Below, one piece after another: positions 1-9,523 of a stretch of 64,000 nucleotides of DNA. The notes beneath the pieces were generated by a model. It was not told the origin of the DNA. It worked only from the letters and a program-made list of their open reading frames with translations, and made no database searches. This DNA is from Thermoanaerobaculia bacterium (lineage in GTDB: Bacteria; Acidobacteriota; Thermoanaerobaculia; Multivoradales; Multivoraceae), in contig OY761158.1 in the NCBI GenBank assembly GCA_963664405.1, positions 4,192,001 to 4,256,000 of the forward strand, in the 5' to 3' direction. The translations under genes and the position numbers were made by a program. The first letter of the stretch is position 1; each line of letters begins with the position of its first letter.

Positions 1-174
1 GCTCGCTTGCTCTCGCTCCTCGCGGTGGACGGGGATCTGCTCTATTCGGGGGCGATGATGGAGCAGGAGCCACAGGTTTTGAAAGTGCTCCGGCAGCACG
101 GTCTGGAAGCAGTCGGAGTGCGCACGGACGGTCTCTGGGGGGCGTGGCGGCTGCGGCGGGAGGGTCGAGCGTGA
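1..174 (+). CDS. prmA: 3' end of probable ribosomal protein L11 methyltransferase (partial, runs off window)
   Basis: Frame 1 reads ARLLSLLAVDGDLLYSGAMMEQ...DGLWGAWRLRREGRA*, like the PrmA C-terminus. Its TGA overlaps the rsmE GTG, and prmA-rsmE is a common gene pair. Confidence 0.6.
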   Translation, partial: ARLLSLLAVDGDLLYSGAMMEQEPQVLKVLRQHGLEAVGVRTDGLWGAWRLRREGRA

Positions 175-869
175 CGACCACCGCGTTGGTTTCGAGCGAT
201 GAGCTCACGCGGGAAAGCCTCAAGATCTCCGGAGAGGCCTTCCACCATCTCTTTCGGGCGGCCAGGTTGCGGGTTGGCGAGCGTCTTCGACTCACGGACG
301 GCAGGGGGGGATCCCGATGGAGTGTGGTTGGCCGCGTCGAGCGGCATAGTGCGTTCTTGACCTTGGAGAACGAGGCTCCGTCGAATGACCCTGATCTGGC
401 GGTCGAGCTGGTGATCGCGCCTCCCAAGGCGAGCCGCGCCTCGTGGATGGTCGAGAAGGGTACGGAGCTCGGCGTACGGGCCTTTCACTTCTTCAAGTGC
501 GAGCGCACTTCCCGCGAATTTGGGGCGGCGAATCTGGATCGACTGCGGCGAGTCGCAAGGTCGGCCCTCGAACAGAGTAACGGGTCTTGGCTACCCGAAG
601 TGACCGGGATGCATTCTCTCGAACAAGTGATAGCTGATCTTCGAGCGTCACCGCATTTGTTCGTTCTCGACCCGGAGAGCCCTCCAAGCGGCGGCAAGGA
701 GAGTGGAGGAGGGGTTTGCGTTGTCATCGGGCCCGAGGGTGGGCTGACGCCCGCAGAGCTGAAAATGCTGATCGAGGGAGGCTTCGAGAGCTGGGGCTTG
801 GGGCCGCGGGTGTTGAGGGTCGAGACGGCGGCGATCGCCGCCGCTGCGGCTCTTTTGGTCGGAGCCTAG
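171..869 (+). CDS. rsmE: 16S rRNA m3U1498 methyltransferase RsmE
   Basis: Motifs HHLFRAARL, EKGTELGV, EQS, IGPEGG and LGPRVLRVETAA. Start placed at GTG 171, overlapping the upstream stop. Confidence 0.93.
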   Translation: MTTTALVSSDELTRESLKISGEAFHHLFRAARLRVGERLRLTDGRGGSRWSVVGRVERHSAFLTLENEAPSNDPDLAVELVIAPPKASRASWMVEKGTELGVRAFHFFKCERTSREFGAANLDRLRRVARSALEQSNGSWLPEVTGMHSLEQVIADLRASPHLFVLDPESPPSGGKESGGGVCVVIGPEGGLTPAELKMLIEGGFESWGLGPRVLRVETAAIAAAAALLVGA

Positions 870-956
870 CCCCAGAAAACGCGCCTTCGGCCCGTTTCCC
901 GGCCCATCCCCGCCTGAGAATTACTCGCCTGTCCGAATTCTCGGACACGCTCCTAG
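866..956. mobile_element. 87-bp CTAG-bounded hairpin repeat element, copy 1 (MITE/REP-like)
   Basis: CTAG at 866-869 and 953-956. Colinear and gap-free with the reverse complement of 17497-17587. Two internal hairpins. Confidence 0.85.
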
Positions 957-990
957 GTCCCCAGGAGTGGTCCCGAGAGGTGCCGATGCT

Positions 991-1019
991 TTGACAGTCT
1001 CGCCGCTGAGAGCTAGGAT
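991..1019 (+). promoter_or_regulatory. sigma70-type promoter upstream of pilT
   Basis: TTGACA (991-996), 17-nt spacer, TAGGAT (1014-1019). Confidence 0.7.
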
Positions 1020-1104
1020 TAACGCTTACAAACCTTATGGCAAAGTCTCTCTTTTTCGAAGATGAGGCGTCACGAGGTGTGGGAATAGAAGAGGGGATAG
1101 GACC

Positions 1105-2274
1105 GTGACGATCAACGAGCTCCTCAAGATTGCAGTTGAGCAGAACGCATCGGACCTCCATCTGAAGGTCGGCAGTCCGCCGGTTGTGCGCATCGATGGC
1201 CGCCTCCAGCCGCTGAGCGATTTCAAGCGCTTGATGGAGGAGGACACGGTTGCGATGTCGTTCTCGATCATGAATTCGCGGCAAAAGCAGCGCTTCAAGG
1301 AAGAGATGGAGATCGATCTTTCCTATGCGGTTCCGGGGCTGGGGCGGTTTCGTTGCGCCGTTTTTCAGCAGCGCTCGTCCGTCGGCCTCGTGCTCCGCGT
1401 TATTCCCTCGAAGGTACCCGAGCTCAGCGAGCTCAACCTGCCTCCGGTGATGGAGACCATCTGCCAGGCACAGCGTGGACTCGTCCTTTGCACGGGCACG
1501 ACCGGCTCGGGCAAGAGCACCACCCTGGCGGCGATGATCGACTGGGTCAACAACCGCCGCAACGAGCACATCGTCACCATCGAGGATCCGATCGAATACG
1601 TCCACACAGACAAACGGTCTCTGGTGAGTCAACGAGAGCTCGATGTTGACACGCGCTCCTTTTCGACCGCTTTGCGCGCTTCGCTACGTCAGGATCCCGA
1701 CATCATCCTCGTCGGTGAGATGAGAGATTACGAGACCATCGAAACCGCGGTAATGGCGGCGGAGACCGGGCATCTTGTGCTCTCCACCCTGCATACGCTC
1801 GATGCCACCGAGACCATCACCCGACTCATATCGGTTTTCCCACCTCATCATCAGCAACAGGTGCGCATCCAGCTCGCGCAGGTGGTGCAGGCGATCTGCT
1901 CGATGCGGCTCTTGCCCAGAGCCGATGGATTGGGGCGAGTTCCGGCGGTCGAGATCATGATCGCAACTCCCTACATCCGCGAGTGCATCGAGGATCAATC
2001 GAAGACCAAGTTCATTCGCGATCAGATCGCCTTGGGCACCAGCCAGTACGGTATGCAGACCTTTGATCAGTCTCTCTTCCGTCTCTACAAGAGTAATTTG
2101 ATCTCCCTCGAAGAGGCGATGAAGCGAGCCTCCAACCCGGACGAGTTCCGACTGCGGCTCGAGGGCGTGCAGTTCACCGGCGACGAGGCGAAGGAAGAGA
2201 TGGAAGGCACTATCGAGATGGGCGTCGAGACGGCAATGGCCGGTGTCGACGAGAGTATGCAGATCGAGCGCTAG
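1105..2274 (+). CDS. pilT: PilT/PilU-family type IV pilus retraction ATPase
   Basis: ASDLHL, Walker A GTTGSGKST, TIEDPIE, LRQDPD, GEMRD, ETGHLVLSTLH, GMQTFDQSL. Confidence 0.93.
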   Translation: MTINELLKIAVEQNASDLHLKVGSPPVVRIDGRLQPLSDFKRLMEEDTVAMSFSIMNSRQKQRFKEEMEIDLSYAVPGLGRFRCAVFQQRSSVGLVLRVIPSKVPELSELNLPPVMETICQAQRGLVLCTGTTGSGKSTTLAAMIDWVNNRRNEHIVTIEDPIEYVHTDKRSLVSQRELDVDTRSFSTALRASLRQDPDIILVGEMRDYETIETAVMAAETGHLVLSTLHTLDATETITRLISVFPPHHQQQVRIQLAQVVQAICSMRLLPRADGLGRVPAVEIMIATPYIRECIEDQSKTKFIRDQIALGTSQYGMQTFDQSLFRLYKSNLISLEEAMKRASNPDEFRLRLEGVQFTGDEAKEEMEGTIEMGVETAMAGVDESMQIER

Positions 2275-2276
2275 CC

Positions 2277-2720
2277 TTGGCGGCAGACGCTGCCTATCGC
2301 AAGGCCGTAGAGCTTCTTGCCCGGCGCGCCCATTTCGAGCGGGAGATCCGTCGCAAGCTGCGTTCGCGGGGCTTTGAAGAGGACGAATGCGCTGAGGTGA
2401 TGACGCGGCTCAGAGACGAAGGGCTGGTCGACGACCGAGAGAGTGCCGCCATTTTCGTCGAAGGGCGCCTACGGCGTGGCCCGATGGGCCGGCGTCGCCT
2501 GCGCGCCGAGCTCGAGCGTCGAGGGGCGAGGGCCGAGGCGGTCGAAGCCGCGCTGGAGTCTCTGACCATCGAGAGTGAGAGAGAGCTGGCTCGCGAAGCC
2601 GCACGCCGCTTCAAGAATCGGCGTACCGCCAAGCCCGATGCCCTACTGCGTCATCTAGATCGGTTGGGCTTCTCGCCTCATGATATTCTGGCGGTCGCGG
2701 AAGAGCACGAAACCGGCTAG
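2277..2720 (+). CDS. recX: Regulatory protein RecX
   Basis: LLARRAH.E.EIRRKL, GLVDD, G.RRLRAELERRG; located directly upstream of alaS. Confidence 0.85.
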   Translation: MAADAAYRKAVELLARRAHFEREIRRKLRSRGFEEDECAEVMTRLRDEGLVDDRESAAIFVEGRLRRGPMGRRRLRAELERRGARAEAVEAALESLTIESERELAREAARRFKNRRTAKPDALLRHLDRLGFSPHDILAVAEEHETG

Positions 2721-2763
2721 CCGCGATAGCACGGAACCGAGCCGCAACCACCAGAGCCGCGTC

Positions 2764-5424
2764 ATGAAGGGCAGCGACATCCGTGCGAGTTTTCTCGACT
2801 TCTTTGAAGCGAGAGGTCATCGTGTCGCTGCGAGTGCCCCGCTCGTCCCGCAGTCGGATCCCACTCTGCTCTTCACCAATGCGGGGATGGTTCCGTTCAA
2901 GAACTTCTTCCAGGGTACGAGCGTGCCTCCGCACCCTCGCCTGGCGACGACGCAGAAGTGTTTGCGCGTGTCCGGCAAGCACAACGACCTCGAAAACGTG
3001 GGGCCGAGCTCGCGCCACCACACCTTTTTCGAGATGCTCGGCAACTTTTCCTTTGGCGATTACTTCAAGGCCGAAGCGATCGAGCTGGCCTGGGACCTGG
3101 TGACAGCGGTCTGGGAGATGAACCCAGAGCACATCTTCGCTACGGTCTACGAAGAAGACGACGAGGCCTTCGATCTCTGGCTTCGTCTTTCGACCCTTCC
3201 GGAACAGCGAATCGTTCGTTGTGGCAAGGAGGACAATTTCTGGGCGATGGGCGATACCGGGCCTTGTGGGCCCAATAGCGAGCTTCATATCGATCGCTTT
3301 CCCGAGCTCCCGCAGGTTCCCTGGAAGGAGGGTAGTGAGAGCGGTCGCTACTTCGAGTTCTGGAATCTCGTCTTCATGCAATTCGACTGCGGCGAAGACG
3401 GCGAGCTGCGGCCGCTGCCGGCTCCCTCCATCGACACCGGTGCGGGGCTCGAGCGGGTCACGGCGCTGATGCAGCAGGTACATTCGAACTATGACACCGA
3501 CCTCTTTCGGCCCCTTCTCGAAGCCGCGGCCGAGCTTGCGGCGGTTTCCTATGGCGAGGACGATGCCAGCGATCTCTCTCTTCGAGTCGTTGTCGACCAT
3601 CTCCGAGCCGTCGGTTTTCTTCTCGCCGACGGGGTGATTCCCGGCAACGAGGGTCGCGGCTATGTGCTTCGTCGGATCCTGCGTCGAGCGGTGCGTCATG
3701 GGCTCCGGCTCGGACTCGAGGAGCCCTTTTTTCACCGCCTTCTGCCCCAGCTTGCCGAAGTGATGTCCGTTTATCCCGAGCTGGCGGCAACCGAGGAGGC
3801 ATCGGTCGCCACCGTGAAGGCGGAGGAGGAGAAGTTTCTCTCCACCGTGGCAGCGGGAGAGCGCCACGTCCAAGACGTGGTCGAGCAGGCACGAGGCGAG
3901 GGGCGATCGCAGCTGCGAGGCGACGAGGCTTTCAGGCTCTACGACACATTTGGCTTACCGGTCGAGATGATTCGAGAGATCTTGGAGGAGGAGGGGCTCA
4001 CTCTCGACGAAGTGGGTTTCGAGGAGTCACTCTCCGATCAGCGAGCGCGCTCACGCACAGCGACGAGCCGTCGGCAGGGGCAGATGTCGAGTCTTCGCGC
4101 TGCGCTTCTGGATGGAGATGAGCTCGAGGCAACCCTCTTCGATGGCTACGACAAGCTGGAGATCGAGGGCGCGCGGGCACTTCGAATCGCTCGGGCCGAT
4201 GCCGAGCGCTTCAGGGTTGCCGACACTCTGAGGGCCGGAGAGAAGGGAGTCGTCCTCTTCGATCAGACCGTCTTTTACGCCGAGTCCGGCGGTCAGGTCG
4301 GGGACACCGGCGTTGGGCACTGGGCTGACGGACGGCTTCTTGTGTCCGATACGCAGAAAGATGCGGCCGGTCTCTTCTATCACTGGGTTGAGATTGTCGA
4401 GGGTGAGCTTTCGGGTGCGAGTCGCGTCCGACTCTGCGTCGATGAGCTACGCAGACGACAAACCGAGCGTCATCACACGGCTACTCACCTCTTGCAGGCG
4501 GCTCTTCGACAGCAGCTCGGTCCCCGGGTGCGGCAGGCCGGATCTCTCGTGCACCCCGAGCGGCTGCGTTTTGACTTCACTCTGGATCGACCGCTCGAGG
4601 TGGCGGAGCGTGAGGCGGTCGAGGACCTGGTCTCGGAATGGGTACGCCAAGCGGTTCCGACACAGATTGACGAGCGGAGCTATGAGGAGGCGATAGACCT
4701 CGGGGCGATGGCCCTCTTCGGTGAGAAGTATGGAGACGTGGTGAGAACCGTCGGGGTCCCCGGATTCAGCCTCGAGCTGTGCGGAGGGTGCCACGTGCGG
4801 AACACCGGCCAGATCGGTGCTTTCCGCATCGTCGGGGAACGGGGTGTCGCTTCCGGGGTGAGGCGTATCGAAGCCGTGAGCGGCGACATCGCCGAAGCCC
4901 TTGCGCGACAGGAGCACCAGCTGGTGGGCCGTGTCACCGAGGAGCTCGCGGTGCCTGCCGAGCGGGCCGTGGAGGAGATCGCTACGCTCAAGACCCGGCT
5001 CAAAGAAACCCAGCGAGAGCTTCAGAGGCTTCGCCTCGAGAGAGTCTCGGGCCCGGCGCAAGAGGCGGCCGGTGAGGTCGAGATTCTCGGTGTCAAGGTC
5101 CTTACCAAGGAAGTGGGGGTTGCGCCTCCAGGAGAGCTCCGAGCGATGGCCGATGCGCTCCGTCAGCGACTTGGCTCCGGGGTCGTCGTGCTTGGTGCCG
5201 GTGAGGAGGAGAAGGTGGTTCTGGTAGTGACCGTGACGCCGGATCTCGAGCAGCGAGTGAACGCGGGCGCACTGGCCAAGAGTCTGGGCGGCCTGGTCGG
5301 TGGCAATGGTGGCGGTCGACGGGACTTTGCGCAGGCGGGCGGTAAAGATCCGAGCCTTCTTCCCGCCGCATTGGACGCGGTTGCAGGTGCGGTAGAGGAG
5401 CAGCTTCGCGAAGGGGCTGGTTGA
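2764..5424 (+). CDS. alaS: Alanine--tRNA ligase
   Basis: DPTLLFTNAGMVPFK, HHTFFEMLGNFSFGDYFK, editing motifs HTATHLL and ELCGGCH, C-terminal GGGRRDFAQAGG. Start at ATG 2764 (MKGSDIR). Confidence 0.98.
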   Translation: MKGSDIRASFLDFFEARGHRVAASAPLVPQSDPTLLFTNAGMVPFKNFFQGTSVPPHPRLATTQKCLRVSGKHNDLENVGPSSRHHTFFEMLGNFSFGDYFKAEAIELAWDLVTAVWEMNPEHIFATVYEEDDEAFDLWLRLSTLPEQRIVRCGKEDNFWAMGDTGPCGPNSELHIDRFPELPQVPWKEGSESGRYFEFWNLVFMQFDCGEDGELRPLPAPSIDTGAGLERVTALMQQVHSNYDTDLFRPLLEAAAELAAVSYGEDDASDLSLRVVVDHLRAVGFLLADGVIPGNEGRGYVLRRILRRAVRHGLRLGLEEPFFHRLLPQLAEVMSVYPELAATEEASVATVKAEEEKFLSTVAAGERHVQDVVEQARGEGRSQLRGDEAFRLYDTFGLPVEMIREILEEEGLTLDEVGFEESLSDQRARSRTATSRRQGQMSSLRAALLDGDELEATLFDGYDKLEIEGARALRIARADAERFRVADTLRAGEKGVVLFDQTVFYAESGGQVGDTGVGHWADGRLLVSDTQKDAAGLFYHWVEIVEGELSGASRVRLCVDELRRRQTERHHTATHLLQAALRQQLGPRVRQAGSLVHPERLRFDFTLDRPLEVAEREAVEDLVSEWVRQAVPTQIDERSYEEAIDLGAMALFGEKYGDVVRTVGVPGFSLELCGGCHVRNTGQIGAFRIVGERGVASGVRRIEAVSGDIAEALARQEHQLVGRVTEELAVPAERAVEEIATLKTRLKETQRELQRLRLERVSGPAQEAAGEVEILGVKVLTKEVGVAPPGELRAMADALRQRLGSGVVVLGAGEEEKVVLVVTVTPDLEQRVNAGALAKSLGGLVGGNGGGRRDFAQAGGKDPSLLPAALDAVAGAVEEQLREGAG

Positions 5425-5482
5425 CTCAGGATAGACGCCGGTGGGATATGATCAGCGTTTCGCCTCGTTCGGAGAACTCGCT

Positions 5483-6076
5483 GTGGCAAGGATCTGTCTC
5501 CTACTGGCTCTTTTCTCGGGATTCCTTCCCGCGTCTCTCTGCGCCCAGCTGAAGGTCGAGCGGCGCGCTGACGGGGTGCTGTTCTTCTCCAACAACCCCG
5601 ACCGCGCGCGGACGTCGAAAGATATTCGTGCCCAGGCGTTGAGGTCGGCGCAAGAGGCGCCGGGCGTCGTTCGAGGTCGCACCGCGGCACCAGCCGAGCT
5701 GCGGGGTCGTATCGCTCATTGGGCCGGTTTGCGCCGATTGGACCCCCGACTCGTCGAGGCCGTGATCCGCGTCGAGTCGGCCTTCAACACCGGCGCGAGA
5801 TCGAGCAAGGGGGCAATGGGGTTGATGCAGCTGATGCCGGATACTGCCCGCGATCTCGGGGTCAGCGACGCTTATGACCCTGACCAGAATCTACGCGGCG
5901 GAACGGCCTATCTGCGGCGCATGATCGATCGTTTCGATGGCGATCTCAGGCTCGCCTTGGCAGGTTATAACGCGGGCCCTGGAGCGGTGGAGAAGTATCG
6001 CGGTGTGCCTCCCTACCGTGAGACCACCGCCTATGTAGATCGCGTGTTGTCGATGTATGGTTCAGCTACGCGCTGA
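5483..6076 (+). CDS. Lytic transglycosylase (SLT domain), secreted
   Basis: Signal peptide; VESAFN, GAMGLMQLMP, ALAGYNAGPGAV, ETTAYV. GTG 5483 follows GGAGA. Confidence 0.9.
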   Translation: MARICLLLALFSGFLPASLCAQLKVERRADGVLFFSNNPDRARTSKDIRAQALRSAQEAPGVVRGRTAAPAELRGRIAHWAGLRRLDPRLVEAVIRVESAFNTGARSSKGAMGLMQLMPDTARDLGVSDAYDPDQNLRGGTAYLRRMIDRFDGDLRLALAGYNAGPGAVEKYRGVPPYRETTAYVDRVLSMYGSATR

Positions 6077-6136
6077 GCTTGTCCCAGGGCTCCGCCATAT
6101 GCAGGCCGAGGCCCGCTTGTCGCGCGGCGACGCCCG

Positions 6137-6688
6137 ATGATCAATCTGCCGAACATTCTGTCGCTGACCCGCATTCTGCTGGTCCCGATCCTGGTGGTCG
6201 TGCTCCTGACCGAGGTCGAGGACAAAGAGCTCATCGGACTCACGCTCTTTCTCCTGGCCGCCTTCACCGATTTTCTCGATGGTTTCATCGCGCGACGCCG
6301 TCAACAGGTCACCCGGCTCGGCCAGCTCTTGGATCCGGCGGCTGACAAGATACTCACCTCGGCCGCTTTCATTTCCCTCGTCGAGCTAGGTCTGGCGCCG
6401 GCTTGGATGGTGGTTGTCGTGGTGGCGAGAGAGTTTGCCGTTTCGGCTCTTCGAAGCGTCGCGTCGCTTCAGAATCGCGCCATTGCGGCGTCGGCGTCGG
6501 GTAAGCTCAAGACCATTCTGCAGATCACGGCGATCTCGCTCGCGCTCGTCTCCGAGCGCCTGGGTGAGTTCCAGAAGTTGGCGCCCGCTTGTCTGTGGAT
6601 TGCCGTCGTCGTGACCCTCTACTCGGGCCTCGAGTACTTCGTCCGTTTCGGCCGCGCGGTTGTAACGGAGCCCGAGAGCGGCGACTAG
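6137..6688 (+). CDS. pgsA: CDP-diacylglycerol--glycerol-3-phosphate 3-phosphatidyltransferase
   Basis: NLPNILSLTRI; CDP-alcohol phosphotransferase motif DFLDGFIARR...G.LLDPAADK. Confidence 0.92.
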   Translation: MINLPNILSLTRILLVPILVVVLLTEVEDKELIGLTLFLLAAFTDFLDGFIARRRQQVTRLGQLLDPAADKILTSAAFISLVELGLAPAWMVVVVVAREFAVSALRSVASLQNRAIAASASGKLKTILQITAISLALVSERLGEFQKLAPACLWIAVVVTLYSGLEYFVRFGRAVVTEPESGD

Positions 6689-6692
6689 TTCT

Positions 6693-9284
6693 GTGCGAAT
6701 TGGGCAGGGCATTCCTGGTCGCCTCTTGCAGCGCGTTGCTCTCTTCGCTCGCCGCCGATACCGTCGTATCTTCTTGGTTGCCGCCGTCCTGGTAGTGATC
6801 AATATTGCTATCGCCGCAACTCTCGGCTTCGACAGTGACGTTCTGGATCTCCTGCCTCGGAACGAGCCCATCGTCGATACCTTCCGCTCCACTCTGGAGG
6901 ACTTCGGAGGAGTGGACCTGCTTCTGGTACTGGTCGAGGTGCCGGAAGGGCGGGCGGTGGATCCTTATGAGGAGTTTGTCGAGGAGCTCGCCCTCGACCT
7001 CGAAGAGCTGCCTCAGCTCGAGTATGTCGACTACAAGATCGGCGACATCGAGGAGTTGATCCGATCCTATTTCCCCGACGCCTTCCTCTTCCTCGATGAA
7101 GAGGGGCGGCGCCTGTTCGAGGAAAAGCTGAGCGACGAGGCGGTCCGTCAGCGAGTTGCCGAGATCCGGCGGGTCCTGACCACGCCGCAGGCGGTTATCG
7201 CCAAGGCCTTGATTCGGCTCGATCCTCTGGGGCTGGCCGATCTCTTCTTGGACCGACTCTCGAGTACACGAGGAGCTCTGCGGGTGGACCTCAACAGCGG
7301 TTTCTTCCTCTCCTCGGATCGCCGCTTGCTGCTGCTGATGGCGAAGCCCTTGAGGCCCGCCCAGGAGATCGACTTCACCCAGGAGCTCATCGCAGCCGTC
7401 GACGAGCGTGTGGCGAGCACACTCTTGAAGTGGCCGGAGATCTCAGGGCCCGAGCCCCTGCCGACGCCGACGGTCGAGCTGGGCGGCAATTACATGACCG
7501 CGCTCGAGGATGCGGCCTATATCCGCCGTGATGTCGTGGTCAATGTCGTCACCTCGATGCTTGGCGTTCTCCTTCTCTTTCTCTTTGCTTTTCGGCGGCT
7601 CGGCGTTCTGCTCTACGCCTTCATACCCCTCTTCACCGGCCTGGTGCTCGCTTTCGGCTTCACCGGGCTGACGGTGGGCTCGTTGAACGCGGTCAGCGCC
7701 GGAATGGCTGCACTTCTTGTCGGCCTTGGAGTCGACTTCGTGATCGTCTCCTACGGTCGTTACGTCGAAGAGCGCAACCGAGGGAGACGGATCGCTGGTG
7801 CCTTGCGCGTCATGTGCGGCTCCTCCGGGCGCGCCGTCCTGGTGGGAGGTGTGACCAGCGCTGCCACCTTCTTTGCCTTTACCGGCACCGACTTCGTCGG
7901 CTTGCGCCAGATGGGCTGGCTGACCGGCACCGGAATTCTTTTTTGCATGGCCGCGGTCATGCTGCTCCTGCCGTCGATGCTGGCCTGGAGCGAGGACCAC
8001 CACAGCCGCCGGGGTCGCGGTTACCCTCGCCTATACCTTCACGGTTTCGGCAGTGCTCGATTGGTCAAGATCAGCATGCGCTACCCAGGGGTCGTTCTCG
8101 CCATTGGAGTCATCCTGACGGGTGCCTTGGGTTGGTTGGCGCTGCGCCTGCAGTTCGAGGACAGCATTCGCGAGATGAGGCCGCAAGGGACCCGGGCCGC
8201 CGGCATCGAGCAAAAGATGGCGGATCACTTCGGCTCGGGCTTCGACTTCATGATGCTGGTTCTGCGTGCCGAGACTCTCGAGGAAGTGCTGGAGTTGACC
8301 GAGAAGGCTGGAGCTGCGGCGGCCCCTCTCACCGGCACCAACGAGATCTTACGATTCGACAGCATCACCTCGATCCTGCCGACTCGTGGGCGTCAGCAGG
8401 AGACCCTGGACTGGTTGGCTCGGCAGCGGCAGGGCTATCTCGCACCGGGGCGATTGGAGACAGTTTTCGCCGAAGCGGCGACCGCCGAGGGGCTGCGGGC
8501 AGCGGGTTTTGAGGATGGGCTCGCCCTCCTTGCTGAGGCGGCCAGCGTGGTAGCGCCCATCTCTCTCGGTGACTTGTCGAAGGACGACTCCAGTCGGCGA
8601 TTGCTCGAGCGCTACGTGCGAAAGTCGGAGGAGGGCTGGACCAGCATCGTCTATCTCTATCCACCCGCTCGTATCTGGAAGCGCGAGCCTCCGCCGAGTG
8701 CTCGCAAGTTGGCGGAGGATCTAGGGCCGCAGGTGGAGCTGAGCGGAGTCAATGTGGTGAGTGAGTTCATGCGCAAGACAGTGAAGCGGGACGCCCTCAT
8801 CGCCGCCGTCGTCGGCCTGGTGCTGGTGTCCCTGCTGTTGTGGATCGACTTCCGACGGTTGCTCGACACTTTGCTTGCTTTGGGGCCATTGATAGTGGGT
8901 TTGGTGTGGATGCTTGGTGGAATGGTACTGGTCGGCATCCCGATGAACTTCTTCAATATCTTCGTCAGTACCATGATCATCGGCATCGGCGTCGACTACG
9001 GAATCCACATGATGCACCGCTATCGGGAGAATCGGGAGGCCGAGCACGCGGTACTCGAAGCCGGCCTGGTGGAGACCGGCAAGGCGATCGTGCTGGCGGC
9101 GGCATCTACCATGATCGGCTTCGGTTCGATGTCGCTCTCTTCCTACCCAGGGCTTCAGTCGATCGGCTATGTCGCGATCCTGGGAGCCTCCTCTACTGCC
9201 TTGGTCGCCATCACTCTGTTACCCGCTTACCTTTCGATACGACTTCGCCGCTGGGAGAGGGCAGAGGGGTTGCAATCCCGTTAG
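6693..9284 (+). CDS. MMPL/RND-family membrane transporter
   Basis: Two repeats of TM + periplasmic domain + 5 TM, with GLGVDF and GIGVDY motifs. Confidence 0.9.
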   Translation: MRIGQGIPGRLLQRVALFARRRYRRIFLVAAVLVVINIAIAATLGFDSDVLDLLPRNEPIVDTFRSTLEDFGGVDLLLVLVEVPEGRAVDPYEEFVEELALDLEELPQLEYVDYKIGDIEELIRSYFPDAFLFLDEEGRRLFEEKLSDEAVRQRVAEIRRVLTTPQAVIAKALIRLDPLGLADLFLDRLSSTRGALRVDLNSGFFLSSDRRLLLLMAKPLRPAQEIDFTQELIAAVDERVASTLLKWPEISGPEPLPTPTVELGGNYMTALEDAAYIRRDVVVNVVTSMLGVLLLFLFAFRRLGVLLYAFIPLFTGLVLAFGFTGLTVGSLNAVSAGMAALLVGLGVDFVIVSYGRYVEERNRGRRIAGALRVMCGSSGRAVLVGGVTSAATFFAFTGTDFVGLRQMGWLTGTGILFCMAAVMLLLPSMLAWSEDHHSRRGRGYPRLYLHGFGSARLVKISMRYPGVVLAIGVILTGALGWLALRLQFEDSIREMRPQGTRAAGIEQKMADHFGSGFDFMMLVLRAETLEEVLELTEKAGAAAAPLTGTNEILRFDSITSILPTRGRQQETLDWLARQRQGYLAPGRLETVFAEAATAEGLRAAGFEDGLALLAEAASVVAPISLGDLSKDDSSRRLLERYVRKSEEGWTSIVYLYPPARIWKREPPPSARKLAEDLGPQVELSGVNVVSEFMRKTVKRDALIAAVVGLVLVSLLLWIDFRRLLDTLLALGPLIVGLVWMLGGMVLVGIPMNFFNIFVSTMIIGIGVDYGIHMMHRYRENREAEHAVLEAGLVETGKAIVLAAASTMIGFGSMSLSSYPGLQSIGYVAILGASSTALVAITLLPAYLSIRLRRWERAEGLQSR

Positions 9285-9341
9285 GGACGCCATTCTTGCA
9301 GCGGGCGCATGAAACGCCTCTAAGCCACTGAAGAAAGCGGG

Positions 9342-9440
9342 TCATCGGTTGCCCTCGACCTCTTCGGGCGCTACCGTCGTCTTCTTGGCGATCAGTCTTC
9401 TGTACCAGCGCAGAATCGTCTCGAGCGTAACGATACCCCC
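9342..9440 (-). pseudogene. Short transposase fragment (integrase-core-type IS transposase, N-terminal region)
   Basis: Minus strand reads GIVTLETILRWYRRLIAKK..., resembling the IVxPETxLRWHRRLIARK segment of these transposases. No start codon. Confidence 0.5.
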
Positions 9441-9447
9441 GAATTCG

Positions 9448-9463
9448 TCAACTTGACAGTGCC
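9448..9463. mobile_element. Orphan IS6-family terminal inverted repeat (right end)
   Basis: TCAACTTGACAGTGCC is the reverse complement of GGCACTGTCAAGTTGA. It matches the left end at 10060-10075 at 14/16, and GGCACTGT is the typical IS6/IS26 terminus. Confidence 0.65.
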
Positions 9464-9523
9464 CCCTCGACGCCCCTGAAGCGACTACATCGATGTCCCT
9501 TCATCTAGCCCCCAGAAGAAGTG

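Noticed and set aside
716-994. 92-aa ORF sharing a peptide with the TPR protein
   Set aside because: It overlaps rsmE out of frame, and the similarity comes entirely from the 87-bp element.
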